Shown: positions 1-10,297, numbered from the stretch's first letter. The stretch: 64,000 nucleotides of DNA from Oligoflexales bacterium (GCA_965215515.1 OZ244057.1:1568001-1632000); one strand, 5' to 3'. Numbers and translations: made by a program. The notes: a model not told the origin generated them from the sequence alone.

Positions 1-1284
1 CTCAGTGTCTTGGTAATCTTCGCACCTACCCCCTAGGGGGTTAATGCCTCTGCAAGTGTAAGGGATAGTTCTTGTCTGGATAAATTTATCGCAGTCACAC
101 TCAGTGCTCGCTTTTGGCTTCCATGCGGTGGGAGTCCCCCTTGTGCAGGGGCACGAGTTGTGGCAACAGCCCTTGTTACGGGCACTAGCATTGAACGTCC
201 CATACCACCCGTCATTGCAGATTAAGCCAAACGTATTGTGCACCTCGGTATTACCATCGCAACACTGCGTTGCTGTGTTGCATTCATCAGGTGGCGGCGG
301 CAGCGGCGTTGGCGTTGGCGTTGGCGTTGGTGGCGTTGGCGTTGGTGGCGTTGGCGTTGGTGTTATGCAAACCTTCGTCCCTCTAACTGTCCGTTGCACA
401 GTCCGTGTTGCTGCTGGACAGGGAGGCGGTCCACTACAGACTCTCGTCTGTGGTACATTTTCAATTCTCGATTCGCCCTCACAGGCGTTGGGATCTGTCC
501 TACTATCACTCACCGCAGGCTGCCAAGGAGTACATCCGCATCTCCTACAGCAGCCCTTATTAGGGGCACTATCATTGAACGTCCCCCACCACCCGTTGCA
601 GGTTAAGCTAAATGTATTAGCCACCACGGTATTACCATCACAGCACTGTGTTGTCGGATCACATGGTGGCGGAGGCGGTGGTGTTGGTGGCGGCGGCGGC
701 GGCGGTGGTGCCCCTAAGCCTGCGGGGCAGTACTTGGTGATGTTGCGGCAGACCGTGGGTTTGGCATCGCGCAACGCCATCCTCACCGCATCACCCCGCG
801 TATAGTCACACTCCTCTCTCCCCCCGCCATGACAATCGGGATAAATATACCTGCCCTCAGCATCGGCATAGGCAAAGGCAACCGCAACATTACCAGGACG
901 CAACTGATAAAAATAACGTAACTGTCCACAGGCTTGCGGACGGAAACCCAGATGGTTATTCAACCCCAGATCGCGATCATCGGCGTAGTCCCCACAATCA
1001 CCCCTAGTACCGTCCTCATTCTTGTAGCCGATACCACCATCAGGAGCGAGCAACGCGGAGCCACTGTAGTACCTGAAGTGCTCGATCTTATACACCGCCT
1101 GCAGACTAGCCAGATGGGCGAGATTGCTCTTCGCCTCCCCCCGCCGTGCCTGCGCCAAGAAAGCATGATAACGCGGCAGCGCCAAGGCCACCAAAATGCC
1201 GATAACCGCCACCGCGACCATCAACTCCACCAAACTTAAACCCGCTCTCGTCCGCACCACTTCCCTTTTTTTGGCTAAAAACAA
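1..1284 (-). CDS. Type IV pilin-like N-terminus fused to Pro hinge and Cys-rich variable domain (copy 1; 3' end outside the window)
   Basis: Hand translation: RTRAG|LSLVELMVAVAVIGIL prepilin cleavage motif, ~190 aa nearly identical to 34853..36820, then PPPPPP and CDPTTQCCDGN... The frame stays open to base 1. It is absent from the ORF track because it has no stop in the window. Confidence 0.85.
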   Translation of the reverse strand, partial: MFLAKKREVVRTRAGLSLVELMVAVAVIGILVALALPRYHAFLAQARRGEAKSNLAHLASLQAVYKIEHFRYYSGSALLAPDGGIGYKNEDGTRGDCGDYADDRDLGLNNHLGFRPQACGQLRYFYQLRPGNVAVAFAYADAEGRYIYPDCHGGGREECDYTRGDAVRMALRDAKPTVCRNITKYCPAGLGAPPPPPPPPTPPPPPPCDPTTQCCDGNTVVANTFSLTCNGWWGTFNDSAPNKGCCRRCGCTPWQPAVSDSRTDPNACEGESRIENVPQTRVCSGPPPCPAATRTVQRTVRGTKVCITPTPTPPTPTPPTPTPTPTPLPPPPDECNTATQCCDGNTEVHNTFGLICNDGWYGTFNASARNKGCCHNSCPCTRGTPTAWKPKASTECDCDKFIQTRTIPYTCRGINPLGGRCEDYQDTE

Positions 1285-1578
1285 AACTTTCCCGCGCGAA
1301 CACCATCGGCGTTTTTTTTTTCACTTTAGTTGCGTTGCCAAAACCCCCAAATTACCATTGTTTACCTGCAATATTGCGGGGAGAGAGGGAAGAGAAAAAA
1401 CAATGGACATTCCGCCGTCGTACCACCAATATCGCACGGTAAGCAGGAAGTTAACTTGGGGGATATCTAATAATGGGTAACGCAAAAAAGAACAGTGCAA
1501 GGCCATCTAACATCCACAATGACTACGCTCTTGACCAACTAGAGACAGAGGAAGATTGCCGCGGCTTGATTGCCTTGC
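700..1578. repeat. ~0.87 kb direct repeat (pilin constant region, promoter, Rpn 5' end); other copies at ~32382-33241 and, shorter, ~36240-36921
   Basis: Visual alignment. Identity to copy 2 ends abruptly after GATTGCCTTGC at 1578/33241. Confidence 0.9.
1473..1578 (+). pseudogene. 5' fragment of Rpn/YhgA-like gene
   Basis: MGNAKKNSARPSNIHNDYALDQLETEEDCRGLIAL, identical to the start at 33136, truncated at the junction with island DNA. Confidence 0.6.
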
Positions 1579-1700
1579 TGAGGCTGTCCTTGTCCTTCTT
1601 GGCTAGATAGTCAGCCCTCGACCTAGCCTTCTTGCACTCCTTACATACACTGTCTAGACGGCTACCTTTGGAGCAGGAGCTTAGGCCACCCTGTATGTAT

Positions 1701-2528
1701 CTAGCGCACACAGAAAATGTCCCCACTCGCACTTTTAAAAATCATTTCACTTTTTGTATCAACAACATCGTTAAACATGGCGAAGTAAAATTTAGACTGG
1801 CAGTAATGGCGTTCGGCTGCCTCTCTATCTAGCTTTAGCAGGGTATGCAAGATGTATCTGTTCGCACAAATGTAGAGCACTCCATCAATCTTTTGTTGGC
1901 GATAGTAGGCATAGAGCTTGCGCCTATAGCTGCGGTGGTTTTTGTGCGTCGTATCGAACTCAATAGCAAAATTTAATGTCCCAACTTTTGAATCAACTGC
2001 AATCATTGCGTCACTGTTCAGTGCAATGAATGGCTTGAACCACTCGTTGTTCTTGAAATCGGTGCGAGTTTGCAGGACATTTTCAGTATAGTAGCCTTGC
2101 ACTGTTGCTTTAGCTTCAAATACTTGGCGAATATCGTTCAGGGCTATATCATGCAGCGGGCATTCGCTTCGTGTCGCTTTGGTTTTTATTTTGTAGGGCA
2201 ACGTTGGTGTAATTTTGGTAAGGCCGCGTAGTGTCAACGAGTAGCCCGAAATTGCCCTGCGCTCGACATATGCCGTAGTTTTTTTGATCAAGCCTAGCCC
2301 CGCAATCTTGCGCAATCTCCTGTTCACCTTATCTTTGCAGACATTGGGAAAGAACTGGTCGCCTATTTGCTCCCTGCTAACGATCTTGTTCTCAAACAGC
2401 AAGCGCATTATTTTGAAATCTCGCTCGCCTAACACAACACGTGTGAATGTCCTGTCGCTGGTAAAATAATCACTTGCCCGCCAACTTTGGTATTTGGCTT
2501 GCCTATCGACCGCAAAAACAACTGACAT
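1701..2528 (-). CDS. Replication-relaxation family protein (wHTH plus PD-(D/E)XK-like domain)
   Basis: ERDFKIMRLLFE...RRLRKI wHTH, HDIAL, DAMI...FAIEFDTT..K...Y..KL..Y, VLYIC motifs. Confidence 0.7.
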   Translation of the reverse strand: MSVVFAVDRQAKYQSWRASDYFTSDRTFTRVVLGERDFKIMRLLFENKIVSREQIGDQFFPNVCKDKVNRRLRKIAGLGLIKKTTAYVERRAISGYSLTLRGLTKITPTLPYKIKTKATRSECPLHDIALNDIRQVFEAKATVQGYYTENVLQTRTDFKNNEWFKPFIALNSDAMIAVDSKVGTLNFAIEFDTTHKNHRSYRRKLYAYYRQQKIDGVLYICANRYILHTLLKLDREAAERHYCQSKFYFAMFNDVVDTKSEMIFKSASGDIFCVR

Positions 2529-2838
2529 GCGATACCTCCATACTGAAATGGAAAAAACTTCCCCCCACTAATAGCGGAAAAGGTCAACCCCCTAGACGAA
2601 AGTCAACCTTTGTCAACATTAGTAGGCATTGCCGCAAATAACTGTCTACCTATGCCATACCTGTTGCTGCGGCGATGGCACATCTGGTAAGTGGAGCTAG
2701 AAAGAGGTTAAGAGCAGCCCCACGAGCCAAGGGAGGGAGGTAAAGACGGAGGGTTAATTATCACCCCATACGCATCACTGCATAGACGGCAGTATTGATG
2801 CACCCTCACTAGGTCTTGGTTGTGCTGAACTCTCGTTG

Positions 2839-4117
2839 CTAAGTGGCTTGTGTCTGATGCTGGTCTTGCACCCTCGCGACCACATGTAGCGTGCCTTCAG
2901 TGGCTTCGGGAATTTCGTTGGCAGAAATGCTAAATCCCATGTCAAAAGGCTTGATGGACTCCCAATCTTGAAAACGGAGCGTGATGTAGTCACATTTTCT
3001 ATAAAACTCATGTTTTAGCTCATCAACACTAATACGCACTGAAGAACCATCTTCTTCTATTACAGGCTTGCCATTATTATTGAAAAGCAGGCTAGGGAGG
3101 GTGGGGGCAGGCTGATCCCTCATAAAGTAGTCTAGTTCCTCACCAGGAGGAGGTGGACACTTCGGTTTTCCAGGAAGTTTGTCAACAGCCTTCACACTAT
3201 CAGGAAGGTTTAGGTACAGGTCGATGTTTGATGTGGGTGCTGTTCCAGCGTTACTAATTACCAGCTTGAAACAAAAGCAGAGACCTAACTTGTCTCTGTA
3301 TACCACTATGTCAGCGTAGTATTTATCATAACGCTTGTAGTATTCTTCGAGCTTTTTATTCTGGTAGGTGGGTGAACCCAGCTGGGCGTTGATCCGCTCA
3401 AATGTACTGCATGGCTCAGGTAGTTTTTCCTCTGGGATGTTTACATCCTTGAGCGGATACTTTTTTCTTATCTGCGAAGGAGATAACTCGCCCTTCATAG
3501 TTGGCTTTGCAAAGATAAGCTCTAACTCATTCTTCCCACTCTCAAAAGCGACAGATAGCTTTGGAATGCGAGACAGTTGTTGGTGGAGCTTCTTATTTTC
3601 TCCCTCTAGTTTGTCTGGCTCAGGCTGCAAACGGAGATCATCGGGCAGTTCAAGCAACTCGATCCCTTTGTTAGCTTCGATCTTGAGCTTGAGTCCAAGA
3701 CCGCCTGTAGCAATATAAACTGACGCATTGATATGGTTGTGAGGCATAGTCTAACGCACTAGCAATAAGTTGGTCGTCAGCAATGTGACGCGACAAGTTG
3801 TAGGATTCAAAATCTATTCTCGGCTCGTAAGTGATAAAATGCAGGCTAACACCGTCTCGAATACTTTTGCCGCCTTTGAAAACTTTCCACAACCATTTGA
3901 CAGTGCTACCTGCCCGATCACGTATTTTTCGAGACTGATTACTGACCTTCTGTTCCTCCAGCTCTCTGATCAGCACAGGAGCAATCACAATGACAACCTT
4001 GTCAGCACCCGCCAGCTGCCGCCAATCTATCTGACCCAGCCTCTTGTAATGGAGGGCAACGTTGGTGTCGATGAAGATGTGCACGGTGCGATTAGTGCTG
4101 GGCATACTGCCTATCAT
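2839..4117 (-). pseudogene. PIN-domain ribonuclease with C-terminal beta domain, frameshifted near 3745
   Basis: IFIDTNVALH, VLIRELEEQK and ADDQLIAS in 3671..4117 continue as VYIATGGLGLKLK in the 2839..3747 frame. Confidence 0.7.
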
Positions 4118-4280
4118 TGCTTTTCAAGTCCGCATGGCTTGGCCTTTATCAGGCTAATCGGCAAAAGGTACCGCAGGAAAAGGGCAATAGCAAGCCTTGA
4201 AATGTGACTAACCAGCCGTTACATACGTCTATTGATGGTTACAGTGCTCTGTTGCAGCAACGCACAATGTTGGCAGAACT

Positions 4281-4700
4281 TTATCTCAACGTAGACAGCT
4301 TTACCCAGTTGCCATCTTCGTTTTGAACATACCAGTAGTTCCATCCATTTAATCTACTACCAAGTGCAGCTACAGCTGCACCAGAGGGAGAATCATATAG
4401 CTTACCTGCATATTTTATTTTTCCTGAAGTCAACAAGCTTGCCTTATATTCTTTCCCTTTAAACTTAGTTGAGAGTAGTGGCCTTGCTGTGCTGAATTTA
4501 TTCTTTAAGGTAGGTCGCTTTGTTTTGGTTTTCAATTTCTTTCTCTTGCTAGAGCGTTTTGTGCCAAATAATCTACCAATCTCCTCTTCCTGTCTTTTTC
4601 TGACAAGGACCTTCAGCTCCTTTATTAGCTTAGCGTCAGCACTGCCCTTAGGTTTAGCTTTGTTTCCTCTTGGATTTGAGTGAGCTTTTCTGGCTCAAGG
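4281..4700 (-). pseudogene. RAMA/DUF4357-like domain protein, 5'-truncated
   Basis: YKASLLTSGKIKYAGKLYDSPSGAA...LNGWNYW signature. The frame is open upstream (SNPRGNKAKPK) with no good start. Confidence 0.6.
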
Positions 4701-5837
4701 CTACCAACTTCTTGGGTGCGGTAGCCTTTATTTTTTTTGAGAATTTCAAGCAGTTCAGGATTACTTGCGATACTGTCTGCTGATGATAGAAATACCAAGA
4801 AATGTTTGTGGGTATGGCCAACTATGTGTTTACAGATATCATCATCTTTCTCATCTTTAATACACAACTCACGATAATATAGGCATTTATGAAAGTATCA
4901 ACAGAGAAAATTGCATTTTCGTGCGGAAGTCGGGTGTGATCGTGTTAAGTTTCCAACCAAGTTCTCCGACAAATCTGGCATGAAGTTTGTCGTTCTATCC
5001 TCCGTATATCTAATGTTTGTTGGTTGTGCAACCACAGGGGATGCTTACTTTGCAGATCAAGTGCCAGGCAAGAATGTCAGGAAAGAATACAAAGTGGATG
5101 GCTGTGGGGTAAGTGCTAGTTAGCAAGACAGATACAACTTTCTGTAGTATCCCCGTATTAATGCCCCAGAAAAAAACTACAAGTTTAATAGTCATAGTCC
5201 CTGAAAACAACAGCAGACACCGTACACTTCCCGATACATAGCCCTGGCTCTTATCTACACATCTTTACCGCTTCTAGTAAGGATTAGTTTCGCGGTGCTT
5301 CTCGTCAATGTTCATAATCTTTACCAACACTCCGATCTGTTCTGCTACCTTTTCTTCTGTGTGCCTTTTTCTACCAGCATTAGCTATCCCTTTATCTGGG
5401 TACCCTGTAAAGTCGTAGACAACAAGCTGTTCGGTTTCACGTTCGCCAATCCTATGTTCCACCATATTCGCAAGAATGCGATAAAGTCTAGATACTGGCC
5501 ATGATGGCTTGTTTATCCAACTGGTGTTGGTCTGATATGGAGCCGGTGGAATTGGAACTACCCCTTCAAAATCAAATATCTTGTTGATGCAAGGGTATCA
5601 TCAACACCCGCATTCCGATCGAGATGTTTATTTGGTACTTATAGCTCATCATGTTATGCCTATACATCATACGACTCATATAAAGTTAGCAAATGTCCAT
5701 CAGTTGATGTGCCTGATGGTGGGATCTAGAACAAGTGTGGCTATCAAAAGATGAACGGTAGAGGGATCAGCATGAATTGCTGATAATGATTAAGATAGAG
5801 AAGTAGAATGTACTCTAGGAAATCTTGATTACCATAA

Positions 5838-7904
5838 CTATGAAGGCAGGTGTACAGGAACACGAGAGTCTCTTTGCTTAACTAAGTCTTTCCACCTGTG
5901 TAAATGTTGTAGGAATCTTAGTGTTTCCATGTTGATTTCATTAACGACATTGCATTTAGGAAAACTTCTCACACCATGCTCACAGGTGTAGGGGCAATAA
6001 CAGCCACTGAAGTCAAATATGTTAAGGATAATGCGGGTGAAAACTTCGTGGGACAGAGCAAAAAGTGGTGCAAGTTTATTTTTGTCACCGGTAAATTTAC
6101 CTTCGTGTGCCAAATCATTTCTAGTGTCAACTAATTTTTTTATGTCATCATTCTCAATGTCAATAGATGAAATATCCCTACTTTTTAGAAATGATTTTAA
6201 TTCACCAAGTGAACTGCCATCAAAAGTTTTCATTAGCCCTTCAATTGCAATCAGATTCAGTAACATACGGGCTTCGTCATAGTTAGGTGCAGAGAGAACA
6301 AAGCTAACTGCCTTCTCTATTCCTTTCCATTCATCAATACTGAGCTTTTGTTTTTCAATTACCTTGACAATCAGTTTCTTGAGATCTATGTCACTTTGTA
6401 TCACTGGCATGAATTGGCGTGCAGATTCACCATGACTAATAAAGGTGGTTTCTACTCTATTGCCATGGCATACCTCTGTTACGGGACAGAACAGCTTTCC
6501 TCCTTGTGCAAATTCCAACACGGAAAGTAGCCTTTTCAGAAACTCGCTTGCTCTCCTTTGCCAGTCCCCCGTATCTTCTGGTTTTGATCTTGCCGTTAGG
6601 GAAAGAGAAGCTGTTATTCTTTTATTAGTTCTATTCTTAATGCTAGTCTCAAAAGTATCTTCTAATGCAAGGATGCCAAGTCCTTCTATATGAGGTGCAG
6701 GCAATAGCTCCACTGGCTCTGCAAAACGACTATCTGATATGCTATTAACAAATTCACCGGGCGGGAAATTAATTATATGTATGTTAGTAAGGCAATCTAA
6801 TTCAGATAAGCAAAGCGTAATCTTATTGGTATTTTTCTCTAATAGATACGTGTTTTTGCCCTCTTCACTAATGACAACTTGGTTGGTCTCAAGCCACATT
6901 GGAACAGGGTTTTGGTAAATGTTACATTTTATCAACACATTCTGGCTAGTCAGCTTTCGGTTGTGGTTAGTAGTGCTTACGCAGGTCAAGTTTATCTTCT
7001 TGCTGTATACAAACAATAACTGCTTATCAGTCTCTGGCGTTCTAGGAAATGGCTCTACGTCGAGCACTATCTTGCCCGAACGGTCGGCACCTACAGTTAG
7101 GATTAACTCAAAGCTCCCCTCCTCATTGAAAATTTTACCAGTAAATTTTTCACGCTTGAGAAGGAGAGTGTCGATCCCTGTGAGACTGCACCTTTGCGCC
7201 ACTCCCCAATTTTTGACAGTGTCCTTGTAAATAATGTGTTTGAGGCAGTCGATAGATGGATGTTTGCCAACAATGAGGCTACCCTCAATCTTTACTAGTC
7301 CCCGTGATTTAAGCCAGCTGATTGCCGAATCCAGACGAGTCTTATCCCATTTGCATTTTTCCACTACCTCGGCGATTTCAACCTTAAATTCAGAGTTACG
7401 GAACAGAAAGTTTTGTACGATAAACTGAGTATCTATTTCTGCTGCCGACGGCTTAGGGAAGCTATCACTTGCACCGCGTGACATAGGTGGTTGATCAGGG
7501 TCGGTATTGAGTTTTTTGATGTGTCCCACCAAGAGATCCACATCGCATCTTTCATCTATCACATACACAGGTATTTTCAAAAGATTAGGGGGTGCTTGAT
7601 TAGTAGACAATCCATGCACAATGGGAATAAATCTGGAGCTCTTGATTAGATTAGAAAACTCGTCCTCACTCATGCCCTCTGGCCACATCTTTATAGCAGA
7701 GTATGGTGTTAGCAATATAAGAAAATGTATGTGATCATCTGTGGCTTCTCTAATTTTTTGCCACAATTTGGTAACATCATGCACACACCAAGTGCTCAGC
7801 TGGATATAAAACTCCTTCTCCTCTATGCCATCAACAATGCCACGGGCAAGCCAGTCATCTTTAGGAGCGTAGCATAGGATAGCACTAGGTATTTTGTCGT
7901 TCAT
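5838..7904 (-). CDS. TIR-like - wHTH - ApeA-like/HEPN fusion protein (putative defence nuclease)
   Basis: N-term AILCYAPKD...HFLILLTPYS..W...RFIPI is TIR_2-like; C-term RNDLAH is a HEPN RxxxxH motif (6105-6122). Confidence 0.65.
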   Translation of the reverse strand: MNDKIPSAILCYAPKDDWLARGIVDGIEEKEFYIQLSTWCVHDVTKLWQKIREATDDHIHFLILLTPYSAIKMWPEGMSEDEFSNLIKSSRFIPIVHGLSTNQAPPNLLKIPVYVIDERCDVDLLVGHIKKLNTDPDQPPMSRGASDSFPKPSAAEIDTQFIVQNFLFRNSEFKVEIAEVVEKCKWDKTRLDSAISWLKSRGLVKIEGSLIVGKHPSIDCLKHIIYKDTVKNWGVAQRCSLTGIDTLLLKREKFTGKIFNEEGSFELILTVGADRSGKIVLDVEPFPRTPETDKQLLFVYSKKINLTCVSTTNHNRKLTSQNVLIKCNIYQNPVPMWLETNQVVISEEGKNTYLLEKNTNKITLCLSELDCLTNIHIINFPPGEFVNSISDSRFAEPVELLPAPHIEGLGILALEDTFETSIKNRTNKRITASLSLTARSKPEDTGDWQRRASEFLKRLLSVLEFAQGGKLFCPVTEVCHGNRVETTFISHGESARQFMPVIQSDIDLKKLIVKVIEKQKLSIDEWKGIEKAVSFVLSAPNYDEARMLLNLIAIEGLMKTFDGSSLGELKSFLKSRDISSIDIENDDIKKLVDTRNDLAHEGKFTGDKNKLAPLFALSHEVFTRIILNIFDFSGCYCPYTCEHGVRSFPKCNVVNEINMETLRFLQHLHRWKDLVKQRDSRVPVHLPS

Positions 7905-8016
7905 GGCAGAAAAACCCTTGAAATAGAGCGAAGTAAAGCCCTGCTACTTGTCATAAGTTGCCCCTTGCAAGTGTCAAGAGTGTAGCTGTGGTTTGCGATA
8001 AGCATCTCCACCGATA

Positions 8017-9900
8017 TCAACTCTTCTTTAGATACACAGCGATATTCTCTCTATTGGGGTAGATACGGGAAACAGTAAATGGATACGTTCCCTTTGCCAT
8101 GTGCCCTTCAACTAGTTTGTGTTCCATAAGGTAATGAATGGCAGGATTTAATCTACGTGGTGGGAGATTAAGAACCTCTGATACTAGCTTGGGTTCAGTT
8201 GGAAAATTGGGGTGATGTGAAAAGCTAAGTGCAATTTCCCACGCATCATCAGCTGGGTTCCATGGCTTCCACAGGTGATCAAATCTAGTGAACAACAGCT
8301 TATCAGCATATACAAGTGTCTCTCCAGCTTCTTCTCCATCTTTTCTTGGATAATCATCATGTATAAGCTTTTCTTGCTCCAGCTCTTTGATAATTCTCAT
8401 AACATCATCAATGCTAATACTAGTTGCCTCTACAAGCTCTTTGGCGCATATAGATGCGTCTATCCCTACACCTGCTTTCGCTTTCTCCACAAATACTCGG
8501 ATAACCGCCATTTTCCCTGTGATCTGATACCTTCCTGTTCTTGTTCCTCCTTCAAAATCTATGAAACCTTGATCTTTCAGGCTCTTGAGATCTCTCTCTA
8601 CTGCTCGCTGGCTTATCTCCTCACTTTCGGCAAAGGTAGCTTTGGAAAACGTGTTATTCTTGATTGTTGCTAGTAGCTTCAATGTTCGCTGTGATTGCTT
8701 AAAAGGACTGTGTTTGCCCCTCGCTCTGCGACGGTATACCCTGCGTTTAAAAACTACTGTAAAAAATTTACCAAACTCAAATTTCACAGGAGGAAGACCA
8801 GCAAGCTTGACTGACTTCTTCATTCTCTGTATCCCTGTTCCGTACCTCTCGATGTATTTTGCTCTGTGCATGAGATCAGCGATGAGCCTGTTTCTTAGAA
8901 CACTTTTCTTGCCAAAATTTTTTTTATCAAGTTCCTCTGGCAACCCCCCGTAGTTGGATATTTCCACACGGTTATCGTAGACCTCCACAGTCACATTGGT
9001 TCTCTTGTTCAGATAATCTCTATGAGTTACAGCGTTTATCAGAGCTTCACGTAAAGCATCTTCTGGAATTTCAAATACCTCTTCCCTTTGTAGTTGCCCA
9101 GGTACAATCCTGTATTCAAGTCTGAGGCTTTTTAGCAAAAATGTCATCGCACCATCTACACTGGAAATAAGGTCACTATTGAGTTGTATGGTGTCTATTA
9201 TTTTTGTTTTATCTTTTCCCCGATACAAAGCACAGGCCACTTCTGTATGCCAAAATATCTTGCCTAGAGCCTTTGCAAAAAACAACACTCCTGCGTTGTT
9301 AAAGATAGGCAATGGCTGTTTCTCCTTGTCTATGCTAACAACTTGCAGGCTTTCTAGTGATGGCAGAATGCCATCCTTATTTGGCATTGGCAGGCTAGCC
9401 TTTTCCAAGAATAGAAACAACTTGTCAACATCAAAGTCTTTCCGAGAATCGAAATCTTCACACGGAATAGTGTCAAAACCTATCAAGCCTTTTTTTTCTG
9501 CCATTTCTATGATCTCACCTCGCCGCATTTTTTTGTTGGATGCGCCGCGGCGGATATAGAAGGTATTGTTATGGGAGTGTGGTTTGCCACTACCCTCTTT
9601 CACCGCTACCACTAGGACTTTCTTGTCTCGCCTTCCTTTTGTTGGTGCATATTCCTTCATATTGACATGGATGGGAGGATCGCAGTTGTCAACCAAGCTC
9701 CCAATGTCGCCCTTGAGCTTGTTAGTCACCTCAATTCCTACCACTGCCCCAGAATCAGAAACTCCAAGGATAACTTTTCCTCCTGATGCATTGGCAAACG
9801 CACAGATAGACTTCCCTATATCGCTTGTGTATTCCTTCTTGAATTCAACGCTACTGCCCTCCCCTGTTTCCAGAGCCTCTTCAATATCTCTGATACTCAC
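8017..9900 (-). CDS. Schlafen/AlbA_2 + RecG-C/HATPase_c_4 + wHTH protein with an extra C-terminal domain
   Basis: GEGSSVEFKK, ICAFANASGG, ALREALINAVTHRDY, RNRLIADLM, IERYGTGI, SQRAVERDLKSLK. Confidence 0.85.
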   Translation of the reverse strand: MSIRDIEEALETGEGSSVEFKKEYTSDIGKSICAFANASGGKVILGVSDSGAVVGIEVTNKLKGDIGSLVDNCDPPIHVNMKEYAPTKGRRDKKVLVVAVKEGSGKPHSHNNTFYIRRGASNKKMRRGEIIEMAEKKGLIGFDTIPCEDFDSRKDFDVDKLFLFLEKASLPMPNKDGILPSLESLQVVSIDKEKQPLPIFNNAGVLFFAKALGKIFWHTEVACALYRGKDKTKIIDTIQLNSDLISSVDGAMTFLLKSLRLEYRIVPGQLQREEVFEIPEDALREALINAVTHRDYLNKRTNVTVEVYDNRVEISNYGGLPEELDKKNFGKKSVLRNRLIADLMHRAKYIERYGTGIQRMKKSVKLAGLPPVKFEFGKFFTVVFKRRVYRRRARGKHSPFKQSQRTLKLLATIKNNTFSKATFAESEEISQRAVERDLKSLKDQGFIDFEGGTRTGRYQITGKMAVIRVFVEKAKAGVGIDASICAKELVEATSISIDDVMRIIKELEQEKLIHDDYPRKDGEEAGETLVYADKLLFTRFDHLWKPWNPADDAWEIALSFSHHPNFPTEPKLVSEVLNLPPRRLNPAIHYLMEHKLVEGHMAKGTYPFTVSRIYPNRENIAVYLKKS

Positions 9901-9973
9901 CTTTGTTCTCCGATTTTTAAAGATACCACCCTAATTGTCCTCCTCTCTTCCTCTTGAGCAAGGGATATCCATC

Positions 9974-10297
9974 TGCACCGACACTTTGCACCGACATTGT
10001 AGATGGTGATCCATGCCTCTCAAAAAATAAAGTAAATAATAACAACGTATTATACCACAAACCAGACAATTGCACCGACACTTTATGCCGACATACTCCG
10101 ATTTACAACCCCTATTCGTAGTATGGCATGGTGAATACTACAGATAAAGGCAAGGGGAGACCCAATCCCCCCTGCTTTTCACCGACACTTTGCACCGACA
10201 TTGTCAACATCACCTCGCATCCACAAAATAATAAATACTTTAATAACAATATCTTATCTTGTGGGAACAAATATTTAACCGACACTTTTCACCGACA
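9974..10297. promoter_or_regulatory. Four CCGACA-N7-CCGACA boxes in two 97-bp-spaced pairs, each pair enclosing an IHF-like site
   Basis: Boxes at 9978, 10075, 10182, 10279; TAACAAnnnnTTA at 10040 and 10244. Confidence 0.6.

Noticed and set aside
104..805. Glycine-rich protein on the + strand (also 32242..32487, 35685..36341)
   Set aside because: Antisense shadow of the Pro/Thr hinges of the pilin fusions.
1106..1324. MKKKTPMVFARES... ORF repeated at each pilin copy
   Set aside because: Alternative frame overlapping the pilin start; conserved only because the DNA is duplicated.
9974..10297. Degenerate CRISPR array
   Set aside because: Repeats are short direct dyads, spacers are ~80-90 bp and partly alike, and no cas genes are present.
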